Source of the DNA: Eledone cirrhosa | Lineage: Eukaryota | NCBI GenBank assembly: GCA_964016885.1 | Contig: OZ024740.1 | Coordinates: 403,062,001 to 403,126,000, forward strand | Length of the DNA stretch: 64,000 bases | Reading direction: 5' to 3' | Notes under the pieces: generated by a model | Seen by the model: the letters and a program-made list of their open reading frames with translations, nothing else | Told to the model about the DNA's origin: nothing | Database searches by the model: none | Translations under genes and position numbers: made by a program | Shown: piece by piece, positions 1 through 15,776 of the stretch | Layout of the letters: every line of letters begins with the position of its first letter | Position numbering within the stretch: position 1 is the stretch's first letter

Positions 1-875
1 TACATATACATGTACGTACACAAACGTACACATATAGACATACATATACACATCTAAAAGCATGCAGACATCATTCGATTTTCTACAAAATCTGAAAACG
101 AGAAAATGATGAGTAAAGAACATAATAAAAGAGAACCGAAAGATTTGCGAAGAAGATAAAGCGGAAGGCGTTAACACAAGAAAGTGAACAGTGAAATGGG
201 CTCAGGTCAAAGGGGAAATAAGAAAAGCCTAGCATAATAGTTATTCTATGACTTTGAACATTAAGAGAATTCTGAATATCTTTTTTTTTTCTACTGATTT
301 CAAATAGCCATGATTATTTCACAATGGTTTCTTTCTTTAGCTTTATTTCTTTGCGTTGTTCAGTGAATTTTCCGTCGTTTCCGATGTGATTTGATTTCAA
401 CATCGATGTCATGACGTAGTGATGTTTGGATAGTGGCGGGGAGTATAAGGTGTGACATGGGTAGTATTGAGAAAGAAAATGTGTTAGTTTGCTATGCTCT
501 TTAAACGACTGGCAAGCTAGTTTGCTCTATTTCTTTATCGCGGGTCATTACACCGTCATTGGTTGTCAAGCGAATTATAAAGAAACATTAAGGATGAAAA
601 AATATTACACGAAAAACAAGCTTCCGATCCGAAAAATGCAGAATAAATAAGTGATTATTAACAGGGGTCAACAACAGACAATAAACAAAACAATAACACA
701 AACCTTAGTGCAAACATCGTCAATAACACCAATGACATCAACAAAGGCGCCGAAAACAAATAAATGATAATAATAATAAATGAAAATTTAAAAGGAATTG
801 AAGAAATGCTAATTATACTACATACATAGATACATCCACATACATACTCATTCACATACACTCACATACACACAC

Positions 876-1236
<361 letters not shown>

Positions 1237-1649
1237 GACCAAGATAGAGATGGGAAGAGAGAGAGAGAAAGTTGTTCCTGTGTGTGTTTATATCTGTATG
1301 CATATATACAGATTAACATACAAGTATATAACATTAATGAAGAAAATAGTACGACACGTTCAATAGAACTTTAGATGTAGTAAAATGTATGCAATGAACT
1401 AACTACAATAAAATAAAAAATACTTTTATTTCCCTAAAAATAGCCAGCTTAATCGTCTTCGGTATTTATGAAGCGTGATTTCCTAATTATACCCTTTGAA
1501 CAATGTAGCCATAGAGATAGTCCTTACTTTACTAATTAATAGTTTTTTCTTTAACATTATTCGCGAAAATTATCCAGCACGCACTATATAGCTGAATTTT
1601 TTCGCTTTGTTTTCACACACATATACACACATACACACACAAACACACA

Positions 1650-1836
1650 GTGAAGGCGCGTAGCTTAATGGTTAGAGAGCTTCATTCACAATCGTGTCGT
1701 TGTGGGTTCGATTCCCGTTGCGTTGCCTCCTTGAGCAAGGCACTTTATTTCACATTGATCCACTTCACTTAGCTGTAAAAATTAGTTACATCGTCATTAG
1801 TGCCAAGCTGTATCGGCCCTTGCCTTTCCCTTAGAC
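1650..1836 (+). mobile_element. tRNA-derived SINE
   Basis: A-box-like TAGCTTAATGG, B-box GGTTCGATTCC, followed by the SINE core CCTTGAGCAAGGCACTTTATT. Confidence 0.75.
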
Positions 1837-4037
1837 AACACATCTTTATCCTACTAGAAATCTTAGAAAGGATTATAAACATACACTTTATCCTCCAGGC
1901 CATGAATGAATAAAAATACAAAAATACCCACTATGTAATATTAATATTGAGATCAACTCCTGCCACTTTCTCTCTAAGTTTTAAAGTGCCTGCAAATGTA
2001 ATAGTATACAGTCCTTATCAGGCTAAAAATAGGGGTTTACACTTCTTGCAGGAACGGAAACTTGGCACGGTGATGATTTAGAAAGCAACGCATTTCAACT
2101 CGCAAATTAACTAATATAATGAAATAAATATTTCCACTCTTCCATTACCTAATGCATTCATATAATTTGGAAACCATGAATGTTTTTGATGGAATCAAAG
2201 TTAAAATATATAAACACTCAGCACTTTCATTTTCACAGGGCAAGAACTATATATATATTTGTATAAAAATAATAATATTGAAGGGTTGTTAAGGGTACGA
2301 TCACAGCCTCTTCTTTCAGCCCAAAGTATTGAAAACATAACCTTTTTATAATTTTATTTACTGAAGAAAAATAGCTTTAACGATAAATTTTTTAAATCAA
2401 ATGAGACGCAAAAATGAGAGTGGTGAACACATAAAACTGTAGAGAATCTTGTGCAACGACTTGATTGTAAAGTAAATTAAACATTCATGTTCTAAAATGA
2501 AAGGTAGCTGGTCCAGTAGCCTACAGTAGAGAAGATTAGCAGATATACATACCTTCTCTCAAATAATATCATGCTCGCTACTCTCCATGGTGCTTTCAAA
2601 TGCTATTCAAGTTTATCCAGTGAATTAAAGTAGTTTTATATATTTTTTCACACGAGATACGACAACACAGAATAAGCAAAAACATTTAATATATTATATA
2701 CTAATATCCACCTCCACTTACATGATGCCGATTCCCTGTGACATTTGACAAATACTTCTTTAAAAATTTACATCATAGCATACTATTAATGTTGACTGTA
2801 ATTAACCGTTTTGGGGGTGTTCTTTGCACAAGCTGAGAACAATCAAGAATTATTGAAATCAGTAAAAGAATTGAAGAATGTATGTATTTATCACAACTTT
2901 AATCATGTTTGACTTCGAATGAACCAGTCCTGGAATCTTTCTTGTTTGCCTACTCTTTAATTCAATAAAATCAAATGTAATTTGTTTTAACGAGCTACAT
3001 ACCATTTTAGCTGCTTTAACTAACTTAGACATTCACTGACATATTTAATATCATTTCCTTCTATTCAAAATTATGGCTTTTACATAAAGCAAAAATAATA
3101 TTTATTTATATATTCATTTATTTATTCATATATTCGAAATGTAAACTTAATGTCTTTTATGAGGATGTACCCGGATCAAATTCTGCTCTATGACATCGTT
3201 GATCCTTTAAAGTCATGCATTTTACAACGCCACGTTAAGGTCTGTTAAACTCGCACAATTGTATGCATCTCACTAAAACAATTATCACAGGCAAAGATTT
3301 CGATGAGTGTTCAAATAAACAGCCGAGTGTATTTTTATATTTAGTTAGCTTGTTATTTACTTATTTTATTAATTTATTTATGTTCTTTTACAGCATACTT
3401 TAGGTCTGTTAAACATTGACAATGAAAATCAGCCCTTTAAAACCGATTATGAAATGAGACAATTTCAATAAACGGTCAAATAAAATGTTGCATTTTATAT
3501 CTGTTTGGATAATTTTGTTTCGGATTATGCTTTTAAATTTGCTCTATTCTTTATATATTTATTATATTATTCCCAATGTATGTGATGGGTCATTTGCTGT
3601 CTATGAAAACACAACAAAACAAAATTATGGAACTGTCATAACTGACGTGAAAATAGGGGTCATGCTATACAGGTTTCCTTTCTGAAATTATGAATATTCA
3701 GATACACTTGAGAGTTGTGTAAGTGTGTAAAATGTAAACACTTTAATGTTAGTATTTTCATTGCCTGTCAATAAAATATATATATTAATTTATTTTTGCT
3801 TCATCCACCGCTTATCGATTTGTTTCATATATTTCTTTATTGACGTTTTCAGCACACTGTATGGGAAATTAACGTCGTTTTCTGTTGAGTAGAAATGGTT
3901 TAAAAAACCTCAAACTGCCACTTGAAACAAAACACAAACACAGACACACAAACATACGTATATATACATGTTTGTTCACATACATATGTATGTAATTATA
4001 CATAAATACACAAGCACACACACACACACACACTCAA

Positions 4038-4137
<100 letters not shown>

Positions 4138-4328
4138 TTACTGTGTGCGTGTATGTATATTCATACATACATATATGTACCTAAACACATACACTGATAT
4201 ATTCATTTACATATGTACAAACAGAGGCAAATTATATAAATACACAGTAAATGTCACTCACGTACACAACCGAAACCATAAACGCAAACATTGTATATTC
4301 AAGCATATATAAGCACAAATACTAAAAT

Positions 4329-4523
<195 letters not shown>

Positions 4524-4544
4524 TATATATATATATTTATATAC

Positions 4545-4606
<62 letters not shown>

Positions 4607-4698
4607 ACACAGAAGTTCATACATACAAACAGAAACAAACAGAAATATTTAAGCCGTTCTGTGCTGACACACGATGTATATATACATACATATGTATG

Positions 4699-4811
<113 letters not shown>

Positions 4812-5559
4812 TTGTGCATACTTACAACCACACTTGCACATTAAGAGAAGAGTAAAAGAGCACGCAATGCTTAGATTAGAATAAATTATGAATCGAATAT
4901 AAGGGTAGAGAGAGAAGGGATACAGCATGTCTGTTTTACGAAATAGAATAACGATTTGAGAGATGGATCACTCACTGAAAACTAAATAAATACAAAAGTA
5001 GCACTTCGCACATTAAGCGGAAGTAGCTTCAAGCCCCATCAAAATAATGTCAACCGAGAGTGTGCATCAGGATATGAAGACAATAAAAACATAAAAATGA
5101 GAAGAATTAAAGCTCCATAAGAGTCAGTGAAAAGGGCAAGTGAGCGACATTGAGCCGTTTCCGGAGTGACGTTCAAAGTCGAATGCATGTTCACTTTACC
5201 GTTACTCACTGTCGCGTTGTTGCATTTGTTGTTATTGTATTGTTTTGTCTTTATACTTGTTATTGTTTTAATTTTTATATTTTTGTTGTATTGTTTAATT
5301 TTTACCAATCATATTTTGTTAATGGTGTTCTTAATGTTATTGTTGCTGTTCTTGCTGTTCTTAAATTTTCTCCCCCAAAAACGAAGCAGAGTTAAGCGGT
5401 TTGTTGATTCATAGGCCACGTTAATTGCACATTGACACAGAAGGAATCTAATTGCTGGTGCAATTAATTTGTTACAAACGGTCTTTAGCATATACGTGGA
5501 AAAGTATACATACAGAAGTAAACACATTTATATACAAATCTGTTTCTATGCATATATAC

Positions 5560-5593
<34 letters not shown>

Positions 5594-5611
5594 CTGTGTG
5601 TGTGTGTGTGT

Positions 5612-5666
<55 letters not shown>

Positions 5667-5783
5667 TGTGTGTGTGCGTGCGTGTGTGTGCGTGTGCGTG
5701 TGTGTGCGTGTGTGTGTATATAATATAAGTGTTAACGAAATATACCTGGATATATCAAAATATATATATATATATATATATAC

Positions 5784-5842
<59 letters not shown>

Positions 5843-6354
5843 AAATGATATCTAGATTTAAATACAATGAGTAGGTTAGTGGTAAATACGATGTTGTGTG
5901 GCAACGCAATAACATTCGCCCCGGATCACGGCCAATGGTTTCATTACTGCACCCCATGCCTGGTGTGTGCATATGCTGCACAGAGTCTGCGAATATACGC
6001 GTTACGCCCAAAATCATCCAGAAAAAACAAACGCAGTCAGGACTATATATAGAATTTTTTTTTCAATGTTGTCGACCCTTCGTGGTAGGGTCTGTACCGT
6101 AGATAGAACTCAATGTAATCTGATAGCGAGTAATCCAGGGAAACCCATAGAAAGTTCCGTGTTCCGCTGAGTTAATCCCTTAGAGTCTGATATTAGATAT
6201 TAATTTAACAATGAAAATCAAGTTTTAATTTTCATTGTTAAATTGTTATATTGTGTAAATATATATTACCTTTACCCTGACATCAAATATAATTCTATGT
6301 GTATCTGTCATGGCTTAATTGCTATAAATATGAGTGTGTGAGTATATATATTTA

Positions 6355-6407
<53 letters not shown>

Positions 6408-6411
<4 letters not shown>

Positions 6412-6570
6412 ATAATAAATTTGAAGACTAAAATCCAAAGAGGGCTCGATAAGGATAAATATATATCAAATATATAAGAAACCTAGAGCAAATATTTATT
6501 AAAATAACAGATTGAAGTTTAAGCAAAGAATCGCTGCTTTCACCCTTAACGGGATCTTCTGAAACTCAGA
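6408..6570 (-). mobile_element. PLE-type terminal repeat fragment, CAGAAGA hammerhead family
   Basis: Near-identical reverse complement of ~58118-58279; hammerhead motif at 6516-6566 (-); flanked by (TA)n. Confidence 0.75.
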
Positions 6571-6791
6571 AGATATATATATATATACACGTACATACAC
6601 ATGCACGCTCACACACACACACACATATGTATAAACTTAGGAAAATTAACAAAGTGAAGACAAGACAACGAACGAAAATAAAGCAAAACGAAAAACAATT
6701 TTTTGAAGTGGAAAAAACTTAAAATATTATTTGAAACGAAAGACACAGAGCTCCCGAGTCCTCAGTCGTTGAGATGGACTTTGGCAATCTT

Positions 6792-6837
6792 GAGAGATGC
6801 TGCTATAGTTGCAACTTCGAATTTACTCACTATCATT

Positions 6838-6934
<97 letters not shown>

Positions 6935-6988
6935 ATATCACAATGATAGTGAACTAAATTCGAAGTTGCAACTATAGCAGCATCTCTC
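6792..6988. repeat. ~50-bp inverted repeat flanking a (TA)n array
   Basis: GAGAGATGCTGCTATAGTTGCAACTTCGAATTTA...(TA)n...TAAATTCGAAGTTGCAACTATAGCAGCATCTCTC. Confidence 0.9.
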
Positions 6989-7345
6989 GAAAGAACAATC
7001 CTCAGAAGCTTGCACGAGCACTCAATAAGATGATATCGATAAATCGATAAGTTAAATCTCAGAGTAATAGACATACGTTAAAGGTGTGACAAATTGAAAA
7101 CTGAGGCTAGGTAACGAATGCCACAAAAGCCACTACAGCAGCGAAAATACAAACAGGTTAATATTTATATATATATATATCATTCCAACTTTGTATTTTG
7201 AAAATTCGGATGCTACAGTATCTTTCTTGATTGCCTATTATAACATAGTGTAGCAATAATGGACTGAAATTCTGATGAAACAATTGTGAATACGTGGATT
7301 AAATTCTTTTGTAACTGTTTACCTTCGTCCTATTTCTCTTCTTTG

Positions 7346-7402
<57 letters not shown>

Positions 7403-7997
7403 CTTTATTCGTTATCAGTTTTCAGCTAATAGTTTTGAAGTCATCATGCTTAGTCGGAATTTGTAAATTGCTATATTTTAGGATAATATATTATATGTAC
7501 TTATCTATGAATAATCTCTAAGTTGCTCTTTGGAATAACTTACTAAACTCTGTCACATTTAATATAACAGACTTAAATCACAATAGTGATTAATACTCCT
7601 AAAATACTGTTGGTTTTCTGCTAAGATGTAAATAGTTCTATAACCACATTACTACGAGTCATTGATTAACCTCACTCAAGAATTTGGACGATAGGAAATA
7701 TAACACAGAATACAATTTGGTTGTCTATCGTACAAAAGACGGTAGAGAAACGCTTTGTGTATACCTTAAAACTGAGTGCAATTGAAAAGCTGATATGACA
7801 AGGGTTGTGATAAGAATGGTGTTATTACCATAATAATTGTTTAGAATCTAGAAACTAGCATTTATTTATTGCTTGAGACCAAATATATGTATGTATATAT
7901 GTATCTATGCATATATGTATGCATTATGTATGTATGCATGCATATATGCATGTATGTAAGTGTGTGCATGTGTGTGTATATATGTGTGTGTGTATAT

Positions 7998-8111
<114 letters not shown>

Positions 8112-9898
8112 GTACGTGTGTGAGTGTGTGTGTGTGTGTGTACGTGTGTGAGTGTGTGTGTGTGTGTTTAATCGATGTAAGCTAAAAATAGACGTTTCAA
8201 ATATATTTAAATTTTATTTTTTATCGACGACCTTGCGGTCAAAATTATTGAGAATAGAAATAACGTTCTATTCATGACGGAAAACAGAATTTCTTAGATG
8301 CCACCTCATTAATGGAGATTATGGGTTTCATTATATACTGTAGGTGCGGCAGTTAAGTACTTTGATAAAGTAGACATGACATTCTAATAGATTTATGATG
8401 CTTTATTTTGATTCCCAGATTACATAAGTACCTATTTGTGCATCTTGTGAAAGTAATAAATCTAAAGCTTCTGAAGAAAAGTAACCTACACCGTAGAGGC
8501 CAAAGTTGAGTTATTTTTTAGGGAGATTGAAATGTTTACCGCAGTTGACAGCGTTAGCACACGGATTCTGAGGAACATCTTTGGAGATGAAAGGGGGCAC
8601 CTTGCAGGTGTGTGATTGACTTTCTAAAAAGCAGTTTCTCGTAAGGTTTCTGAAAACGTGAGAAAATGCAAATGATTGTTTGTTTGTTTTTTTTCTTTCT
8701 TTTATAAATTATAATTTATTTCTGCATCAGGGTCCCGTATTTCATTAGTTTGACTGCGACACTGAGCGGATTTTATTCACTCAATTACAAGCAACGAGAG
8801 AAAGAGACTGACGTAAATGAGAAATTAAACGTGAGTAACATTCTAAAGATACGAATAGAGACGAAAAAAAGAACATTGTTTAACGTTTGTTTAGCTTTTG
8901 TTTAATTTTGTTATCAACTTCTAAGTTGGTAGAAAACGGCTATTTTTAAAGACTTTCCCCTTTGGGCGTATATTTCGAGGCTGTTCTGTATTTTTTAAAA
9001 TAATTATTTTCGTATTATGTACCTTGCCCAAGAGCAGGATGTAGCATGCTGAAAAACGTATTTATTTAAGACCCGTGAGATAAAAAAAAAGTGGACTATT
9101 TAAAAAAACCAAGAAGTAGATTATTCAAGTGAATACAATCGTCTGATTGTAGCCAGGACAATAACAACAGAAACTTTCTTTTGACATTGCACATAATAAA
9201 CACTTGTAATGAAGTGAATGCTGTAGTAAGCCGATAACTGTTTATTAATTAAAATTATACCTGAAGTGGATAGCACAAATCATTATCTAAATAACGATTT
9301 TGGTAAAAGAAAAAAAAATAAGATAAAATAAAATAAACTGACAAAAACTCACAATCAAAATACAATAAAAAAAACAGAAGAGACTATTCCGAAATTTTAA
9401 AAATTGAATAAACTTAATTAACTAAGGAAGCATATTGGGAGTGATTCTGATCTTTAGCATTTTTGTAAGAACTCCAGAAATGTTTGAGTCTTTTTAGATC
9501 TCTTCGGGGAAGCATAGATTAATATAAACTGCTAGATAATAGAATTACTTAAGAGAAATAGTTTCTTTGTCAGTAAGCTTGGAAGAATAAGTATAATAAA
9601 CTACCCAAGTACACCTGTTGCATAAAACCCAGATAGTAATGTAAATACAAGCATACTTAATGTAAATTATAGTGTTTGCATGTATCTGATGAACTACGTT
9701 TTTCATATACAAATTCAACTTATGACTAGTAAAAGAGACTTGACCTAAGTATCACGTAATGGGATCAAACTTCATGACTATTTTGGAGTTTATATTGACT
9801 CTAGTCTGGTACTTATTTTATAGATTTTTCTTGTCGAGCCGCTAAAATACGGGATATAAAAACAGTCACAGACCAAGTGTAACTAAAACACTAATATT

Positions 9899-10025
<127 letters not shown>

Positions 10026-10265
10026 TGAAATTTAATTTCTCACTCTTAGTACGGCTGATACTTAAGTATAAGTATGTATACGTACATACATATATGTATA
10101 CAGACATGACATACAGTAGTATGTATATACATACATGCACACATATATATAAGTACGCATGGGTTTACCGAACATTTATTATAATGCTCGGTTTGTTTGT
10201 AAACAAACAGCCCGAATTATTAGCCGTACAGTGTTCGGCAACCATCGTTGCTTTTTTGTTCAACA

Positions 10266-10443
10266 CTGACAAAGGAACGATGAACTAGTTTCTAACGTAT
10301 TAGCTGTCATCAGAACCGTATACCTTCCTGTCAGTTGATTGAACGTTTGAAAGTATATACTTTCCTTATGCATAAGGACAAAGGAACGATGAACTAGTTT
10401 CTAGCTTATTAGCTGTCATCAGCACCGTATACCTTCCTGTCAG
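10266..10443 (-). ncRNA. Two tandem hammerhead motifs (10266-10334 and 10377-10443)
   Basis: Near reverse complements of 10516-10584. Confidence 0.75.
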
Positions 10444-10515
10444 TCGATTGAACGTTTGAAAGTATATACTTTCCTTATGCATAAGGAAAGTATATACTTT
10501 CAAACGTTCAATCAA

Positions 10516-10584
10516 CTGACAGGAAGGAATACGGTGCTGATGACAGCTAATAAGCTAGAAACTAGTTCATCGTTCCTTTGTCAG
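10516..10584 (+). ncRNA. Hammerhead ribozyme motif (type I, minimal)
   Basis: CTGAC..AGGAA.TACGGTG-CTGATGA(10537-10543)-AGCT aata AGCT-GAAAC TA GTT^-CATCGTTCCTTTGTCAG; stem I pairs; ACTAGT is palindromic. Confidence 0.8.
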
Positions 10585-10689
10585 TGTTGAACAAAATGGC
10601 AACGATGGTTTCCGAACACTGTACGGCTAATAATTCGGGCTGTTTGTTTACAAACAAACCGAGCATTATAATTCGGTAAACCCATACGT

Positions 10690-10766
<77 letters not shown>

Positions 10767-10806
10767 CATGTACGTCTGTATACATATATGTATGTACGTA
10801 TACATA

Positions 10807-10907
<101 letters not shown>

Positions 10908-12348
10908 GTATATATATGTATGTATGTATATATATTTATATATACATATATATCCCGTATTTTGGCGGCTCGACAAGAAATCTATAAATTAGATATATAT
11001 ATGTGTGGTGGTGGTGGGGTTAGTAAATATCTGTTGGAAAACAGTGTTCAATCAGGTATGAGAGCAGTTATATTATATAATTTATTTATGTTCATACACG
11101 GAGGAACAAAATAGTTATCTAAGGATATTACAAGGTTTTTAAGGATGCCTCCATCTCAAAAGCCAACTCCTTGCTAAATGGAAATACTCAACAAATTCAA
11201 CTGATTTTCAACCACCTTAAGTTGGTTTATATATTTTCTTAATATATTTTATTTCTCCACACTTACATAATATGTACACCTTCTGTACTACTCAATTCCA
11301 TCCTTGTATAAATATTAATATTTCTATATTACATACCACCTCATACCATACATCTGCAATAGTACATGGATACTAACATGAGTACACCCGCTCTGGTATT
11401 TCAAATTTACATCTTTGAGTTATTCCCCTTTGTTATACTACGTTTTTTGTAAATAAACGTTTTAACGGTATAATTTTAACGGTATTTTGAAATTGTCTAA
11501 GCACCAGGATATTAGCTCAAAAATGTCATCGCTCTTGAAATCTGGAGTTATGATCACTATTGGGCCGTGAAATCTTATGTAATGTTCTTGCTCCTTGTAT
11601 GAACACAAATATATATGTGTATATATATATGGGGGTGGAGTGAAGTGAATTACCAAGCAGTTTTGAAAGCATATTAAATTAAAAAGGATTTTAAAACTAA
11701 GACTTTGCGTATAATTAAATAAAATGCATTCCTTATGAAATGTTCAGTCTTCAATTACGTTTATCGATGAATCAATATAAGAGATGTATTATCACGCCAT
11801 AGAATTGTGGCGTTGCTTCACTATTGAACCCGGGGTATAATAAAAGCAGCAGAGTAGAAATTAGAGTAAAAATCACTCTTTTTCTTTATGAAGTTTTCAT
11901 AAGTGTAAATATATCACGCCCCCTGCCCCGTAACCATATATCATTTCATCATTCACATTGTTCTAGGCTTTTAAATCAGTCTTAATTTAATATATACTAG
12001 TTGGCCGTGATTAGATTTTTATTTTGTGTCTCTCCTTTGTTCTGTCCTACACAATCTTGTTTGGTGTAGGGCAGAACAAAGGAGAGACACAAAATAAAAA
12101 CGCAATATATAAGCAACCATCTGCTTATCGGACCAACCAACTAACGGGAAATTTATAATAAATTGAAATGAAAAGGAACACGTGGGTGTGTTTTTATGGG
12201 CAGCATAACCCTCCCAAAGTATAACATTATATATATACATTTATTGAGTTTTAACGTGCTTTTCGCAATTGATCAGCTCAAGCTTCGATCTGTATCAATC
12301 AGGCCCGATTCTGGAATCAAAAGCTCAGAGGACTTCTGGTATATATAC

Positions 12349-12424
<76 letters not shown>

Positions 12425-12431
<7 letters not shown>

Positions 12432-12570
12432 AACTAGACAAAGTCATAGATATATATATATATGTTTTTGACAACCATTCACGATGTGGCTCAATGACGA
12501 ATTAATTAATTAAATAATTAACAATCAGAGCAATATACAATAAGTATGTCCATAGAATCATTTGATAAGA
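12425..12570 (+). repeat. Dispersed repeat; inverted copy at ~58325-58470
   Basis: AACCATTCACGATGTGGCTCAATGACGAATTAATTAATTAAATAAT...GTCCATAGAATCATTTGATAA matches the reverse complement of 58330-58465. Confidence 0.8.
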
Positions 12571-12833
12571 TATATACACCATCTCCTCTCCCAATCAGCA
12601 TAATCAACCACACAAAAAAAACAATTAAACTAGGCTATAAGATTAAAAGTTACCTATGAAGAAATAATCGATAAATAAACGACAGCCATCTATTCGCGAT
12701 CAACAGCTATAGAACATTTACCCAGCATTTCAATAGCACGTGGAAATCGATTAAATATATCGTCAACCATACACAATTAGGTATAAAATTCTTAAAGTTA
12801 GAAGAAAAATGTATATAAACATACCAAGATTAC

Positions 12834-12915
12834 GTTTCTACCCCATGGGATTTCATTCGCTTTTGGAAATATCCGATCAAGGATAAATTCCCGAGCTTCG
12901 AAATCATCAGGAAAC
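12834..12915 (-). ncRNA. Hammerhead ribozyme motif
   Basis: Minus strand reads GTTTC-CTGATGA-long stem II (..TATCC ttgatc GGATA..)-GAAA-TCCCATGGGG-TA^-GAAAC; perfect stem I, GUA triplet. Confidence 0.8.
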
Positions 12916-12998
12916 AAACTCACTTGGACGAAGATTTTTCTTAAATGATCCCCGCCAGAAACGAATTCAAAATGGCTAAGAACTGTGATGTGGCAGTG

Positions 12999-13067
12999 AT
13001 CAAGTCAAAAAGAATGTGATTGGTGCCTTACGGCGTTAGGCACCAATCACATTCTTTCTGACTTGAT
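12999..13067. repeat. Hairpin with ~31-bp arms
   Basis: ATCAAGTCAAAAAGAATGTGATTGGTGCCT..AGGCACCAATCACATTCTTTCTGACTTGAT. Confidence 0.9.
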
Positions 13068-13211
13068 TTTCGAGATAATATCTCTTCTTCGGAGGGAAGT
13101 AAAGGGGTTAATCCAGTGTTCTAATTAGCTAGCCAAGTCATGCTGACAGGAAATGGAGAGATTCCATTCTATCTCTAATGTCAAAGATTGAAGGTTAGGT
13201 GGATAAAGAGT

Positions 13212-13253
<42 letters not shown>

Positions 13254-15149
13254 CATGTCTGTGTGTGTATATGTCAGCGCTTTTCTTTCTGGAAGTATGC
13301 TCGTATATTTCTATTGTGTAAATCTCTCCATATCTATGGGTGGCAATATGTATTCCGAGTGAGTCACCAATGTGTGTGATTAAACCACTACAAGAATTTC
13401 ACTCGATACATAAAAGTGACCTTTTGTTATTTTAGCTAATTATCACAGACTTATTAATAATGTGTTTATACCGCGGAAGGAGAAAAAAACACACCGCAGT
13501 TTACTCTGATCAAATTACCTCGATGACAAAATTTGGACAAGAGTAAAGGTATTGTGAAACAACCTAAGAGAAAGTCAATGGGTAGATATGCTGTTTCCAT
13601 GGAGATAGATGTTTGACCTCAAAATGTAGGCGGATATTTGATTCAGAGCACCTTATGATGGGTAAAATAAAATAAAACATAAAGAAACCAGCTACCATCA
13701 CTAACAAATAACTTTGGTTCTATGGATATTACATTTAAAGGTTATGGGACAGAAAAAATGAAACCTACAATAAATATTTTTGCTTGATACCTTGTACTTA
13801 ATTTACTTAACGTCGAAACATTTGATAAATGCTTCAACGGAAAATAAAAATAAGTAAGATAAAGAAATAAAGTAGCATGTTATGAAAAATAAAAAAACAG
13901 ACTAGGCAGGTGTCCATTCAAAGTTAAAAGCTACTTTCCAACTAATATTACTGTTCCCCTCTGTTGAAAAATAAAAATAGACAAATAACAATAATAATAG
14001 GTACAAAGAAAGAATTAAAATGTAAAATATAAATAAATAAAATATTTAAACATGTCGGCAACGTGCCTTTCATTTCGTTATTTTCCGTTTCTTGTTTTTG
14101 TTTTCTTCCCTTTATAGTTTTTCCCGTTTTCTTACGTTTTTTTATTTTATTATATATTTATATACACCTTTTGTTCACCCTACTACATCCAGCTACCATT
14201 AACTAGCCAACTGGCTAACTGGCTGAAGAGCAAAGGCCATTATTAGAGTTTAGTAACAACAGTACTAATCAAAGAAAACGCCACTTAAAAGTTTGTTTTC
14301 ACTTGGTTAAACCTGCTCTCTGCGCTCGCCTAACGTAGCTAGTTGTTTTTAGAGTGCCAACAGCACTTAACCCAACAACAACAGCAGCAACGATAACAAA
14401 AGAACAACAGCAATCTCATATTTTCCAACACCTCGTCATACCCTCCCCACACAAGTCCTCGTCCCTCTGTCATGTTTGTCTCTCGGCGTAAAATGGTGGA
14501 TTCGTTGTTGGTGGCATGGTGATATCACGCAGTCATGTTATTCTTTTAACCGTTATTCTACCAAAACAAAGGAGACATTGGCATGAGAGGATCTTTCTTT
14601 TCACAGCACCAGCGACTAAACGAAACAATAACATTGCTATTATCATCACTGTGGCTATCATATCACGTTCAACACTACTACCACGAGTACCTCCACTGCC
14701 ACCATCACAACCGACACAAAACGATAGCGACAACAGATTTAAAAAATCATTAACAAACGGCATCGTTGGACTATTTTCGATATTTGTATCAATATGAATT
14801 TATTTGAAATTAGTTGCATATTGATGACATTTAATTTACTATTTTGATATAGGGTTCAAAAGCTGTGTGTATAAAAATGTATATAATATTCATAAATACT
14901 TGTGTATGTGGGTATATATGTATATACCCATGCGCATACGTACATAGAGGGATATGTATCCGTATGGATACATACACACACACATATATATACACACACA
15001 CACACACACACCCCGCCCCCTCACACACACACACTCTCAAACGTGAAGTTAATATTAACTTTTGTACTGCCCCTTCGCTTCCACGTTGTTTTTTTGTTTT
15101 CTGTTTACTGTCTCAACTATAAAATAAAATGTATATATATATATATATA

Positions 15150-15302
15150 TGAAAAGAGTCAGCACCCCGACGGCTGAGCTCCGGCCGTTTTGACAGCTAG
15201 GTCTGAACAGGTCTGACTCTTTTCCTATTACCCACTCTACTACCATAAGTATTGAGTACTCTGGTGCGTTATGGTCCACCTGGTTCCTTACCACTTCCTT
15301 CG

Positions 15303-15305
<3 letters not shown>
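15150..15305. mobile_element. Short inverted derivative of the PLE terminus at 43381-43570
   Basis: GAAAAGAGTCAG/CTGACTCTTTTC hairpin; contains CCCCGACGGCTGAGCTC; tail is the reverse complement of 43381-43463; flanked by (TA)n. Confidence 0.75.
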
Positions 15306-15383
<78 letters not shown>

Positions 15384-15776
15384 GGATGAACACCGATACA
15401 AGTATACATGTGTTCGAATTGCAAATGACCAAGTTAGCTACGTTGAAAAATACTAATTTAAAACAATATGGTTTGCCTGTCTCGATTTAAAGTAATAAAT
15501 CAATAAAAATAACAAACCTACATTGGGCAATCGCCGTTTGATACCTGGACAGATCTAAATCTGTTCCGCAACAATTATTAAGTGAAAGTCACCATTCCTG
15601 TGCTCTTCTGCGGGTATCCAGGAAATTCGTACCTTTCACTTCAAAAGATCTAAGAACACTGAACTATGTGTTGGTAAACGCACATGTTACAGCGCCTAGC
15701 GCGTCTCATACTCGTGCCGCTAAAAATAGCAGCCGGTATTATGGGACTAAAGTTAGCTCTACCTATGGAGCTGAGA

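Noticed and set aside
1650-1725. tRNA gene
   Set aside because: No complete cloverleaf; continues into a SINE body.
4990-5420. Possible promoter (GCGGAAGT, TGACGT motifs)
   Set aside because: Short motifs expected by chance; no linked gene.
7272-7300. CTGATGA hammerhead candidate
   Set aside because: GAAT in place of GAAA and no convincing stem I or stem III.
7400-7455. Minus-strand ATGATGA..GAAA..AATAAA
   Set aside because: Core mutated and stems do not pair; at most a relic.
9686-9710. CTGATGA
   Set aside because: No stem II or GAAA; chance match.
14150-14800. Possible host promoter or first exon
   Set aside because: Non-repetitive with some CpGs, but no recognisable protein or clear splice structure.
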